Shown here: positions 1 to 12,101 of the stretch, piece by piece | How positions within the stretch are numbered: the stretch's first letter is position 1 | How the letters are laid out: each line of letters begins with the position of its first letter | Assembly (NCBI GenBank): GCA_020891255.1 | Contig: BQFW01000014.1 | Location: 1,364,001-1,428,000, forward strand | Source of the DNA: Entomortierella parvispora E1425 | Lineage: Eukaryota; Fungi; Mortierellomycota | Length of the DNA stretch: 64,000 nt | Direction of reading: 5' to 3' | Position numbers and translations under genes: made by a program | Notes under the pieces: model-generated | Databases searched by the model: none | Told to the model about the DNA's origin: nothing | The model's input: the letters and a program-made list of their open reading frames with translations, nothing else

Positions 1-1814
1 TGGGTCGAAGAGCTTCCTCAAGCGACTTTGGAGCTTGCAGGTATAGAGGCTTTCCAGCAATGGCAAAACTTGGCTTTTTCAATTGACTACCGATATAAAC
101 ATATCCATACATGTTTGCAAAAAAAAAAAAGTGTTAGTAGCCTTGATCATATCCAACAGCGATGGCTTTGTAGCAGGCAACACCCCAATAGTCTTCTTAC
201 GCATCAGGTTTTTCTTTCAAAAAGTCCATAAACTCTTCCAGAGTCTTGTCACCGCGGAACTCCATCTTGGAGACAGCATTTCCGCACACAGGGCAGTCAT
301 CCTTCCGCTGATGTTCGAAAGTGTAGGTGTAAACACTGTCGTTGCCGCTGTACATCATGTAGTTGTTCAGATACTTGGCGCTAGTCGAGGCAAGCTTGAG
401 AGCTTCATTACAGCATGATGCTAAAAAGATGGAACCAAAGCGTCATGTTAAAAAAAGCCAACAGACATGGTCTTGACCTCTAGTTATAAAACATGTATGA
501 CGGCAGACTTTGAACGTACCGGCAATGATGGCATTAGTTGAGGCAATGGCTGGAATGATGTTTTTGACAACACCCTGTGTCAAACTGTAGGTAACTCCTT
601 GAATGTTGTACTGTTTAGCGCGAGCAAGGGCAGTCTCATAGAGCCACTGAATATCCTTTGGATCGTCTGTGTCCATTTTTCTCTCTGAGTCATGAAAGAG
701 AGCGCGTTAGCGTCCAGAGCGGTGGTATTAGTTTATAGCGACCTTTGACTTTTATGACAGGCCGTACCTCCATGCTTGTTTGGCCACTCCAAGACGGAAG
801 CCCATTCAATACAATGCTCCGGCAGACGTGGCGTGTTTGCAATTGTGCAAAGAGGAAATCCGGTAGGTTTACTAAGCATATCCATTGAGCATTCATAGCA
901 AGAGGTGTTTCCAGGAAGAATCACGCGTGCTTGTCCCTTGAAGCCTGATCATAGACAATAAATGCAAGGCACATTAATACGGTTCCGGCTCAAAAGACAA
1001 AGCGTTTGGGACGAGGAAACTTCTACGTACCCTCGGTGCCTCCATCGATCAGCGGCTTCATTGTGTCAGGGTTCTCGGGGTCGAACATTCCGAACAAAGT
1101 CGCGTTCATCCAACGTCTGGCCTCAATTGAATCCAGACCACAAATGACAAGTGCGAATTCCTGATAAAAGTCTTCGTCCTTGTCTTGAATTTTGCAGTAG
1201 TGACTAGGGATGGGCGCCAGATTTTTGGATTAAAACTGACATGCCTTTGAAAACGCGCTCATTCTGTCATTTGGATATGACTTACGGAGTGACGGTGACA
1301 CCTTGGACACGTTTGTTGATGAAGGCCGCAGCAGTGACAGCTTTGGGCTTTCCAACATCAGCTCGTCTATGGTGCCATAAACGAACACCATGTTAGTTTT
1401 TTTATGATAAATCTTCTTTGGGTCTCCGGGATACCTTAGGACAGACTGCGTACCTGAACAAGAACTGTCGATTGAGGTTCGAAACGTCAATGGTGTCCAT
1501 GTCAATGACATGAATGTTGCAGAAACCGGACAATGCCAGATTCTTGAGGATTTCGCAGCCAAGGCCACCAGCTCCAATGACGAGAATCTTTGCCTCCTTG
1601 ATGAATTCTTTAATCTAAGCACATAATACACAAGAGCTAAGTCTTGGGCATGACATTGCATGGTCAAGAATGATGCGTCATGTTGGCTTTTTCACGGTAC
1701 CTGGTCGACGGGCTCGAACTCGGGGTGGATAAGACTCGAGCGGTCCAGAAGCTTGTAGACACCAGCCCAGCGCTGGCTGTCATCGAGGGTAAGGGTTGAT
1801 TGGGCGTCTACCAT
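1..1814 (-). CDS. UBA3: NEDD8-activating enzyme E1 catalytic subunit; multi-exon, 3' end runs off the left edge
   Basis: Spliced translation gives MVDAQ...; [44 protein letters not shown]; LIDGGTEG|[18 protein letters not shown]...[20 protein letters not shown] (catalytic Cys motif); [18 protein letters not shown]; [21 protein letters not shown]. Introns are canonical GT-AG. Confidence 0.93.
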
Positions 1815-1948
1815 TGGAGGTTGCTGAAGGTATGGAGGAAGCTTGAAAGTTGAAAGGAAAAAGGGCGTCTGCGCCTCGCGTCGTTGACAAAGACCAGCGC
1901 GGCTGTGCAGTAAAGGTGTGGAACAGTCACTCTTTTTATTCTAGATTT

Positions 1949-3409
1949 TTACTGGTCAAGGACCATGTCTCCAGAGCTCTCTGTTGCCACATGGGGATGC
2001 GTGAGGTTGGCCCACGCACGCACAGTCTTGTCAAAACTGCAACTGATCAGCATTCTCCGTTCATAGTCCATGAAAAGACTGCGGATGACAGAGGTGTGGC
2101 CCTCCAGCGTTCCCACCAGCGCCTGTGTGCGGACCTCGAAGCAGTAAATCTTGTGGTCGTTTCCTGTCACATAAAAGTATTTGCCACTTCTGTCCCAGGC
2201 GTTTCGAGGAGTAGAGAATCCATCTGTCGGCACGCCGTAGTAGTTGAAAAGCTGCAAGGCAGAGTCCGTTCTGAATAGGATTTGTCGGCCAGTGGGTGCG
2301 TCCGTCGTCACAAGTAGATAACCACCCTCATTATGAGGCGAGGCTGAGATATCCATGGGCGTGAATGAAACCCAGTCGTCCTTGTTGACGTTCATGTTGT
2401 ATTTCGTGACACTATAGTTGGTCAAGTCGATATAGTGAAGGTAGTTGTCGTCACGAGTACCAATGATCACTGTTGGTGCGCGATTTTTGGAAGGAGGGAG
2501 AACACACATGCTTTCAACAGCACCCTTGAACACCATTGTTTTGTCGAGGGCGTACACAGGCAAGTCGTTCGTGTCGTGGCTTTGACGCTGCTGTGCCTTG
2601 TAAAAGTTGGCGGTCTTGTCGTGCGATCCGGTGATAAACATGGCTCCTTCCATTGCGAATTTTGCGCGGACGACAAACTTTGCGTGGTCCTTGAACTTTT
2701 GGTGCTCTTTGCCTGTCACTGTGTTGGTGATGACTGCAGTTTTGTCCATGGCGCTGGTCAACATCAACTGGGGATGCAATGGATGGAAATCAATGTCAAG
2801 AGCGACACCTTCATGAGGTTGCAAAATCTGAAAGACTTGTCCTGGGAGATCGTCACCATGGGCTTTGTCGAGGAGAGAGAACTTGACGGTCCTATCAGCT
2901 GCAGCAGAGATCAGGGCAGGGACACGCTTCACAGTCATCTCTGGATCTTTTTCCAGATCCTGCCATGCTGGTGCCACAGCGACGTTGGCGGTCCTTGCAA
3001 AGATGATGTTGACAGGATGCAGGTCCCTATACACGACTTTAGCTTCGTTTGGCATTGTGTTGTTCCCTGGTGTTGCAAAGTCTAGTTCTTCTTTTTCGCT
3101 ATCGACCGCAGAGATGTAATTGAAGAGTGAGCACAACTTTCAGCGCTCATACCTGAGCAAGATGCCGCTAATGAAAGGAGAGCTATACCTCGGCATATTG
3201 AGCTGTCCAAGTTGACTATGCAACTGTGCCATTCTAATGTCAGTCAGGATCTCGAGCAATGGTCTCGGGGCAGGCGTGCTCTTTGGAATGTCTTCCAGGA
3301 CAGGGTTAGCATCGGTGTTGAATGCAGTGAGGGCATTCGTGTAGCCCTGAGCCTGGAGAAAGTCCTGCACGATGAGATGGGCCTCGCTGATGAGCTTCCT
3401 GTACTCCAT
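1949..3409 (-). CDS. LisH-motif + WD40-repeat protein (2 exons), function unknown
   Basis: Exon 1 has LisH-like LIVQDFLQAQGYTNALTAF. Exon 2 (ORF 1949..3136) has WD40 repeats, e.g. LTSAMDKTAVIT, FITGSHDKTANFY and LEGHTSVIRSL..MLISCSFDKTVRAW. Confidence 0.85.
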
Positions 3410-4115
3410 TGCTACTGTCTGTTAGGCTGGTGGTGTGGTTGCGTGGTGGATGGTCGTCAGTTGGCCGAGGATGTCTTTTGCCTTTGGTGGCAAGGAGAAA
3501 GGGGCCGCGCGCTTGTTAAGGGGCGCATCGCCTTCCGTCGGTTCATTCAAAAGTGTCACTCAGTCAATGCTCCTTGCCATCATGGTCTGACCTCCACCCT
3601 CCTTTGTCACTCTCTCTTTTTCTCTCTCTCTCTCTCTTTCTCTTTCTCTGCCTTGCGTCTTTGTGCCCGTTGTCCTTTTCCCTTGGTGCCATCGTTGAGG
3701 TCCTCTTGAGATTCTCCTTTGTCCCCTCAGCCCAGCAACCCCATCGTCCTTGCTTAGATCCGTTCCTAGTTGGTAATCACCAGACCCATGTTCCTCACTC
3801 CCTATTCACCTGGCCCTCATTCCAATCTCCTGGCTCAACTCGTTGGGCTCGGGAAGGGGATGGTTCGTCAGTTGCCAACAACCCCTTTATGTTAGACCTC
3901 ATTCTTCCCCCCCCCCCCCCCCCCCTTCATCGCAGTGGTGTCTCGACAGAGCAGAATAGGCACACACAAACACACGCACACCTATGCGCACCCACCATCC
4001 CACACTTGGGTGTCCATCTGTCTGTCTTCTATCTATCTGTCTGTCTGTCAACTGACACCCATGCACTCATGCACACCTCAACTTATCCACCCTGATGGAA
4101 GATTCGATTTCGCCT

Positions 4116-4170
4116 CTGGACTGGACTGGACTGGACTGGACTGGACTGGGCTGGACTGGACTGGACTGGA
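4116..4170 (+). repeat. (CTGGA)11 pentanucleotide microsatellite, one unit CTGGG
   Basis: Directly visible tandem array; it produces the spurious LDWTG-repeat ORFs. Confidence 0.95.
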
Positions 4171-4359
4171 CCCAGGCTGGACGGCACTCTGCGCGGCACT
4201 GCCCTCTGCACAGTGCACAAAGACCAGGACAGGACAGCACAGGGCAGCACAGGGCGACAGTTGACCAACATCCCTTTCCTTCTCTTCTTTTCTCTCTCCT
4301 CTCTCTGCAGTCTTTCATATTGCCAGAAACCTAATCGTCTTGTTCTTTCTTCTCTTTGC

Positions 4360-4393
<34 letters not shown>

Positions 4394-4756
4394 GCTCAAC
4401 TCAGCTCAGCTCAGCGTCTTGGCCCTCCCTTTATTGTTCTCTTGTTTCCTATCCTTGGACCTCGCCGTTCCAGGATTCTCCCTTGCCACTGAGCAAGAGC
4501 CAAGCACTACACTCAGAGAGCCGAGACCCCGCTCTTAAAGCAGCATTGTCTGCGTCCCCTCCCCGCGGCCATAACAGGACAGACTTGCCACGTGAACTGC
4601 GAACCATGGGCACATCCATCTTCCTTGGATAACTGTCCTTGATCCTGACCTCCTTCAGCCTCTTTCCTCGACCCTCTCTCTTTCGCACCTGCTAAGCCTT
4701 ACGACCACCGATTGCTCATCCTTCCTCCTGTTCTCCTGCCGCTGACCAACCGAGCA

Positions 4757-7630
4757 ATGATACCCAGTCCAAACCAAAACCAACATCGGCCACGCTTGGC
4801 CGGCTCGACCTCCAACGGGAGCTCTAATAGCAACGGCAGCCTACCCAACATACCAACCCAAGCAGTCGCCAACAACTTTTATAATAATATACACCAGCCT
4901 TCCGCAAGGTCTCCTCTCAGTCAGGAAACGACGCCATTCGGATTCTTTCGGCACAAAAACCTCTCCACCTCAGCGTTGCCTTCTACCCAGAATATTTCCT
5001 CGTCGTCTTCCAACCTTGTCTATGCGCCGGTCACTAATGCCTACTCTACAAGGACCTTCTCACCAAGTGCTTCCCACACGGATCTTTCAGAGACCTCAGG
5101 CAGTCCCTACCAACGAAGCGCTGAAGTCGCCAAAGCCACAGTGACTCAGTCCCCCGTCTTGCCACCTCTGCCGCCGCTTGCGAAAGTCTCTGCTAGTGCC
5201 AGTCCAAAGGTCAATGGACGGCCACCTTCATTTCAGTATGTAGCGCAATATTATGCATGGTGGGACTATATTGCACGCGACCATGACGAGCTTTCCTTCA
5301 GAAAAGGAGACATCCTCCTCGTTAGCCGTGAGTTTGATGACCTCTGGTGCCTGGGATCGGTGATGAAACACGACAAAAGAACAAGCGCTAGACATGGCTT
5401 TTTCCCTCTTCAGTACTGTTCCCTTGAGAATCATTGTTACATTCCGCCTACAAGAGTTGCAGTTCGGTCAACAGGAGTTCCAGGAACTGAGCCAGGCGGT
5501 CGGTTGAGCATCGTCCTTCCGTTCAACGCCAACGCACAGGACGAAATGACCCTTCGACCCGGTAATCAAGTCCGAGCTATCCACTACTTTGACGATGGCT
5601 GGGTTCTTGGTGAGCAGATTGATCATTCAGGAGTGGTCTTGTCCGTCGGTGTGTTTCCAACTGTTGTTGCCAAACCCATCACTGCCGCTATCGTCGAGGC
5701 CTTGACTGCAGCCTCGGCTTCTGTAGGTGGACCAGGATCTGGAAATTCGACCTCGACTCACAATGGAAATTCAGGATCCGGTTCTGTCACATCGTCACCT
5801 TCAAAGCCTAGACATGCAAACATAGGCTCACCTCTTGTTTCTGCGCAGGATATTGGGCTTGTCAAAACGCCACGACAACGGGAGGACAGCAGCAGCCAAA
5901 ACACAAGCAATTTTAATACCCTATACAGTCAACAAAACTCTAGCTCGCATTTGTTGCAACATCACCCTAATAACGGCAGCATCAGTAGTCTCAACAGTTC
6001 CGCCTCTACCATCAAGCCCCCGGGATCGCCGACTTCATCCGCCTACGGCTCGTCTTCTCAGAGCTATAGAGCATCACCATCGGTTGCTCCTGGCCGCTCT
6101 CCCCTTGCTGGACACGAGGCTCTACGCCTTGGAGCCAATCCGAACCGTGTCAGTGTGCAGTCGACATCAAGTTTCAGCAATAGCTCTCGTACAGCGCTTA
6201 CAAATATGGGCACAGTTACAGAAGAGCAGGTGATCCAGGCATTACAGGAACGGCCCGCTCAGGATTCAGTTCTCCAACAATACCTTTCTCAAGGAGGAAA
6301 CCCCAACATTGTCGATGGGAACGGAAACTCGCTACTGCACTTGGCTATTGTTGCCCATTCTCAGGCAAGCGTAGTATTCCTACTCAGTGCACCTGATATT
6401 CGACTGGACTATGGATCTCCTATCAGTCCCCTTTACACTGCGGTCCGTTTCCGGTCTTGGAAAGCAGCTCAGCAACTCTTGATCCAGGGTGCGGATCCAA
6501 ACGTCCACGATGAACGAGGCATGTCTGTCCTTCATATTGTGCTGATGTTCATGACAAAGGGCGAGACACTTGCAGAAGAAGTGGTGCATTTGCTTTGCGA
6601 GAATAAGGCAGACGTCAACTGTGTTGCCAACGACAAAAAGACGATTCCGTTATCAATGGCGGTTGATAGAGAGCTTTGGGCCGAGGCAGAGATTCTGATG
6701 GCCTACGGCGCCAATCCATATTTGATTTGGGGTCGAGACAGGCGACAGAGCTCGGGATATGGACAGAATGACGGAACGCTCTCGAACGGCACACTTCCGA
6801 CGGGCTACTATGATGATCCCTTGTGGGAAGCCGTGAACGACGACAAGGTCAATCTCGTGCGACTCTTGCTCAAGTTTTATTACGCGCCCACCAGCTTCTC
6901 TGCCGCGTCATCGTCGCCATCGCCTTCGCCTTCATCAACACAGTCGTCACAGTCTTTCTTTGGACCTCAGCACAATTTTGCGCATCATTCTTCTGCCTCG
7001 TCGTATTCGGCAAATAATGGAAGCACCGGTAATGTCAACATTCCAAATCTTCCCCATGGAAGTTCAGTCCCAATGCCATTTGCAGGCGCAGGTGGACACG
7101 GGACACCGGCATCGATTCCCTCTCCATGTTCGGCCCAATCTTCGCCTGGATCGGGCGCTCTGAATGGATACATGGGACCACGGACAGGAAGTACGGATAG
7201 TCAATCGATGGGTCCACCCATGACAGCCACCAGCGTAGCCTCCCCAAAACTGAATGCGATCCAAGGTGGCAGCGGCCATGTCGGATCCTTTACGAATGCG
7301 AGCGCAAACGCTAATATGATTGGAGGAGCGAACCCCATCTACATTGTCACGCCAAAGGTTCTACTTCAGGCTTTGACCTTGGCCAAGGATCTTAATCATA
7401 CGGAATGCCTCCAAGTTTTGTCTCGACCAGAAGTGACGTTGAAAGAAGGAACACTGTTTGGGACGGGCAGTTATGGATACAACCAGATTCCTCTCCTCCA
7501 GGGCAATGGCGGACACTACCATGGAGGACATGGTTATGGTCATGGCTCTGGAGGCTCTGGAGTCGGTGGACATATTAGTGGCAAGGAGCACCGTAACTTG
7601 ATTCAAAAACTGACCAGTCTTTTCAAATAA
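4757..7630 (+). CDS. Intronless protein with two SH3 domains, ankyrin repeats and S/G/P-rich low-complexity linkers
   Basis: 972-aa ORF, likely start MIPSP at 4757. SH3-1: YVAQYYAWWDYIARDHDELSFRKGDILLVSREFDDLWCLG..HGFFPLQY. SH3-2: FNANAQDEMTLRPGNQVRAIHYFDDGWVLG..GVFP. Ankyrin repeats: GNSLLHLAIV, SPLYTAVR, GMSVLHIVL, TIPLSMAV. Confidence 0.88.
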   Translation: MIPSPNQNQHRPRLAGSTSNGSSNSNGSLPNIPTQAVANNFYNNIHQPSARSPLSQETTPFGFFRHKNLSTSALPSTQNISSSSSNLVYAPVTNAYSTRTFSPSASHTDLSETSGSPYQRSAEVAKATVTQSPVLPPLPPLAKVSASASPKVNGRPPSFQYVAQYYAWWDYIARDHDELSFRKGDILLVSREFDDLWCLGSVMKHDKRTSARHGFFPLQYCSLENHCYIPPTRVAVRSTGVPGTEPGGRLSIVLPFNANAQDEMTLRPGNQVRAIHYFDDGWVLGEQIDHSGVVLSVGVFPTVVAKPITAAIVEALTAASASVGGPGSGNSTSTHNGNSGSGSVTSSPSKPRHANIGSPLVSAQDIGLVKTPRQREDSSSQNTSNFNTLYSQQNSSSHLLQHHPNNGSISSLNSSASTIKPPGSPTSSAYGSSSQSYRASPSVAPGRSPLAGHEALRLGANPNRVSVQSTSSFSNSSRTALTNMGTVTEEQVIQALQERPAQDSVLQQYLSQGGNPNIVDGNGNSLLHLAIVAHSQASVVFLLSAPDIRLDYGSPISPLYTAVRFRSWKAAQQLLIQGADPNVHDERGMSVLHIVLMFMTKGETLAEEVVHLLCENKADVNCVANDKKTIPLSMAVDRELWAEAEILMAYGANPYLIWGRDRRQSSGYGQNDGTLSNGTLPTGYYDDPLWEAVNDDKVNLVRLLLKFYYAPTSFSAASSSPSPSPSSTQSSQSFFGPQHNFAHHSSASSYSANNGSTGNVNIPNLPHGSSVPMPFAGAGGHGTPASIPSPCSAQSSPGSGALNGYMGPRTGSTDSQSMGPPMTATSVASPKLNAIQGGSGHVGSFTNASANANMIGGANPIYIVTPKVLLQALTLAKDLNHTECLQVLSRPEVTLKEGTLFGTGSYGYNQIPLLQGNGGHYHGGHGYGHGSGGSGVGGHISGKEHRNLIQKLTSLFK

Positions 7631-7990
7631 GCAAAATTTCCTTTTTTTTTCATTCTCTCTTTTTCTTTTTTCTTTCATATACCTTTTTTCCTCTCCCTTT
7701 ACACATTGGTCTTCCTTCTCCATTGTTCTAATGTTCTAATTCCCTACTTTTGCCTATGTGCATTGCCTCGATCACCCCCCCTTTGTAGTGGCATTTGTGC
7801 GCACACCTCCTCTTGTATTTTACATGTACTTCAATAAAAAAAAATTGTGCAGATGTGCAACACAATGTGAACCTGGCAGAGTATAATATGTTCAGCCTTT
7901 TTTCCATGATGATGGTGATGATGATTATGAGATGGAGCTGTTGTATGATAATATAGTATGTTGTTATTGTACAGTTACAGGAATGAAGAA

Positions 7991-8564
7991 CTAGTTTAAG
8001 CAGCCAGCCCGGATCATGTCGTAGGCCATCTTGCCGTTCAAGACCAAGAGACCGAGGTCACCAATGTGTCCAAAAGCACCCAAAGAGCGCTTCTTGGGGT
8101 CACCGCTGGTGTAGCCGTAGCTGTAGGCCACACGACCGAGGCACCAGATGAGACCCAAGGCAGCCGAGGCGGTAGGGTACTGAAGACCGGCGATCAAGAG
8201 GGTGACCATGTAGGAGGTGAAGCCCTCCAAGGTGTTCTGGTGAACACGCTGCTTGCAGTTGAAGATCATCTTCTTCTTGTCCTTGAGGGCCTCAGCCTCA
8301 TCAGCGTACATGATGGGAAGAGGGACATTGGCGACCTTGCGGTAGCCTCCGACACGGGCACCGAGACCGATGACGAGGACGGAAGAGAGGACCGAGACGG
8401 CGAGGGTCTAAAACATGGAATGAGCAGACTGTTAGTACCTGGAGAAGGCCGAGAGAAGGAGGTGGGGGGATGAAGAAGGAGAGGAGGACGACGAGAGAGT
8501 CTGAATGTGAAAGAGTAGTTTCACTTACGTATCCGAATTCGGGAGCGAGGGTGAAGGTGACCAT
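7991..8564 (-). CDS. MAPEG family microsomal glutathione S-transferase (MGST3-like), 2 exons
   Basis: MVTFTLAPEFGY|..GARVGGYRKVANVPLPIMYA..KMIFNCKQRVHQNTLEG..AAALGLIWCLGRVAYSYGYTSGDPKKR. The FNCxQRxHQNxxE and GRxxYxxGY motifs are typical of MAPEG proteins. Confidence 0.9.
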
Positions 8565-9253
8565 TGTAGGAAAGTGAGAGTGGGTGAGAAAAGGGTTTGA
8601 TGATGAGAAAGAAGAGAGAAAAAAAGGAGGAAGGGTGCAGCGTATTTATATAGAAAGGCAACTCGTGAATGAATATCCGGTTTTATTATTTGTTCTTTAG
8701 CCTTCTGGATCAAGGTTCTGGTGAGGTGGGGACACAAAGCGAGGAGGCGATCGCCCTTTTTTTTTTTTTGTCATTTCTTCCACGTCAACGCTTGGCTCTC
8801 TGATCGTGGAGAGTTTTTTTTTCCTTTTTTTTCTTAATTTGTTAGTCTTCCTTCCTCTCCAATAATGGAGGGGTGGGAGAGAGGTGAGGGTCAAGGCCAT
8901 GTGCACAAACGATGACAGGACGACGCCAGTGCATCTCCACCAAAGATCAAAGGGCAAAAACCTTGCGGTGACGAATAATTCGCAAGCAAACGCGCGTCCT
9001 TGATCTGAACCTTGTGGGGCTTTCTCTGGTGTGATCTCACCAATTGCCGGCCCTGCACGACCAGACGCACACGTCGTCTCTGAGCTTTTTTTTTTTTTTT
9101 TTTGACCCCGATCACTTTTTTTTTTTTTCTTCTCCTTGACGATCGTTTGGGCTGGAGACAGCAGTCCATCTTCATGCATTTTTCATCCTCGTGCCTCGTT
9201 CTACTCGATCTCTCCTTTTTTTTTTTTTTTTCTTGCTTTCTTTCTTTATTTTA

Positions 9254-10083
9254 TCATATATCGGAACGCCGGCCCGTGGCGACAAGAACGTCAATCAGAA
9301 AGTAGACGAAACCTCTTCAAGATCGTTTCTAACGTCCTTCAAGATCATGGATATGTCCCACCCAAGCCGACAAAGTAAAATCACTTGTTGTTTATTCAAA
9401 AGTCATATAGTACATGTTCAAGAGAGAAAGAGAGACAGAGAGGAGAGAGAGTGCGTAGTAATGTACATTGCTCATTTCAGGTGGAGCTCACGACTCTCTT
9501 CAATGGTAGGTTCATGACCTTTTGAGGTTTTCCGCAAGTGAAAATAAGAGAAACCGCCAGACTCGTCTTGTTCACCTCCTTCAACAATGCGTGGCGAGCT
9601 CAGAGAGAGGGGCATCACTGGTGTTCGGACAACTCCTCCACCCTGTGCGTTCGTGTGATGAAGAAGGCAAGGGTTCGAGACCGAAGTGCGGCGATGAAGT
9701 GCGGGTGATTGTGGCAAAGTCCGCGACGACGAGTGTACGTCATAGGAGGACGAGGCAGGGGAGGTGGAGACATACAAGTCCTTGCTCTGTCCTTGGTGGG
9801 TTGTTTTGGCAGCAGGCGAACCAATACTGCCACGATCTTGCTTGGACGTAGCTGGATGGTGGCTGTGCTGGTTGTGATTCTGTAAGTAGGTGCTGAGACC
9901 AACGTCGCACTCAAGGCCAGAAGATGCTCGGCGCAAATGTTGGTTGGCTTCACATCCGTAGCCTTGTCCAGCACCCTCGCAAATGTATGGGGATGTTCGG
10001 GGCGAATGCGCTGGAGAGACCTTGGACCCGCCAGTGTTGTCGTTGCCGGATGGGTGTGTGTAAGCTTGTGCGAAAAAGTCCAT
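9254..10083 (-). CDS. Hypothetical Ser/His/Pro-rich low-complexity protein; 3' end uncertain (stop at 9472 unspliced, or 9254 if spliced)
   Basis: ATG at 10083 follows a pyrimidine-rich leader and opens ~200 codons (MDFFAQAYTHPSG...). A possible GTGAGC donor near 9491 joins in frame to ILLCRLGWDISMILKDVRNDLEEV. No recognisable domain. Confidence 0.35.
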
Positions 10084-11787
10084 GGTTTGTTGTTCGTTAT
10101 TGAGGAAGATGAAAGAGTTGTTGTAGGAAAGAGGGGATAGAAGAAAAAATAATGTAGTGTGTGGGAACAGCATAAGATAAGGAAAGGAAAAGGCAGGGTA
10201 AAGGGGGGTCCATGCGCACAAAATGAAAAAAAGTGGTGAAACACAGCACCACCCACAAAAAGATAGAGTGAGAATCAAAGCCTCCCAAATCAGAAAGACC
10301 GAAGGCCCCAACCAGGAGAGACCCCTTCTCTCCCCAGAGACACCCAAAAGAAGCACAAGCGAATCCCCTCAGTCGAGAAACTCATGTCATCACTATGCCA
10401 TGGCCATGTGTACATGGTAACCTGGTAACAAGAGCTTTACGGATTGAGAACCCATATTCATAGACATTGCAGGAGAACGCGAGTCTTGCAGTACAGCTGA
10501 TCCAGACCCTCTCAAGAAGACAATCCAGCAAGGATGTAAAGGGCTGACACATCTACGATCCTGTCTCATTCTCATATCCAGTTCCTGGCGATTGGAAAAG
10601 GTTGAGCAAGTGCAGAGATCTCGATGGAAATGCAAGTGAAAGCCCTGCATTGTCAACCCCACAGATTTTGTAATCTTGCAAGGGGTCATGGTTCTACTGA
10701 GAGCAATGTCCTGTTCAAGCAAATGATCACCAGCGATATTGTTTCTCGCACACCCGTTTCGCTTTCGTTGCCAGCAACCAGCACTCGTTCGAAAACGAAG
10801 GCCTGACTTCAAACATGCCTTTTTTGGTCGCATCATCGAGGAAAAAAATGAAAGTGGAGGAGAAAGCAAGTCCATCACTCTTAGATCAAACACCACCCAC
10901 CACCTATCTCCAGATAACCCAGGGCTCTAAAAGAGACAACAACCCCAACAGTCCTGCAAAGGGCGCGATATATCCATCCGATTGAAAACTAAAAGATGCC
11001 ACACATAGTCTGCTGCTATAAACACTTGTCCCCCAATGAATGAGAAGCAAAGAGTCGTCGCCGCAGAGTGTTTTCGGCAAGGTTGCTAAGTGTCGTCATA
11101 GGCGCTGCAAAACCGATGCAGTTAGGCGACTCCAGAGATGTTTGTCCACAATGTTTGGCTCAAGGTCTACCCAGAAGGACAGAGCAGGGGGAAGCAAGTG
11201 AAGGAGAAAGGACTTTGCCGCCAACCATCCACGCACCTTGTCAGATTTCTGTTCGACTCTCATGGTGTCTATCCAATCTGGTCAACGTACAGACTTGCAC
11301 AAAGACGTAGAAGGAAGGACGCTCGTCATGTGTGTGAGTTTTATCATCAACCAAGGTTTTGAGGCGCGGATGGCGAGCAAAAGTCAAGAGAAAAAAGCGC
11401 CATGAAACGCCATGTAGTCCAGAGGTTTCCGGTAAAAAAAGTCCTTTAGCCTGATATCCTATGTGCACCCAATGAAAAACTGAAGGTGGTATTGTCGTCT
11501 CCTGAAGAAACAGCTCGTTTTATTGAGGTTTGTGCTGGATTGAATGAATGTGAGAAGTAAAGTAGATCCTGGATGCTGATGCTGACATGCATGCAATCAT
11601 CAGTTCCACGTCACGAGCACGCATGACTGCGTTTTTCAACGGGTCAGGCAGGCAGAAAGCGGGCCCTGTGGACAAAAGCAGCCTCCCCTTTCGCGCCGCC
11701 TGTGCTTTGCACCCTTTCTCTGCATTCAGCTGCCCCATTGCACTTTCTCCATTCCCCTTCACTTCACAACCAACAGGAGCTGCAAAC

Positions 11788-12070
11788 ATGTCCATGGCTG
11801 TATGGAAAACGTGTCGTTTATCAAGTCGTTCCAGAGGCGTTCTCACAAGCCGGTCCTTACATATCGTCGCTCTTTTTTTCACGTAGAATCTCTTTGGCTT
11901 CTCGGCCCCAGTGGATATCCAGGTCGCCTTCCGAGGCGAGGAAGATAGAAAGATGGTCGAGGTCAAGGTAGACAAGGACAGGAGGGAGAAATTCCCCTTG
12001 TACTTTGATGGCGAAACCGTCGCCGGAAAGGTAAGGGAGATCCATCGGTGGGCCAGACAAGCCAAGCAAC

Positions 12071-12101
<31 letters not shown>

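Noticed and set aside
3907-3925. C19 run (also G14 at 62755-62768) as G-quadruplex elements
   Set aside because: Plain homopolymers; length may be an assembly artefact and nothing supports a function.
3935-4361. ORFs encoding LDWTG / VQSSP repeats
   Set aside because: Translation artefacts of the (CTGGA)n microsatellite.
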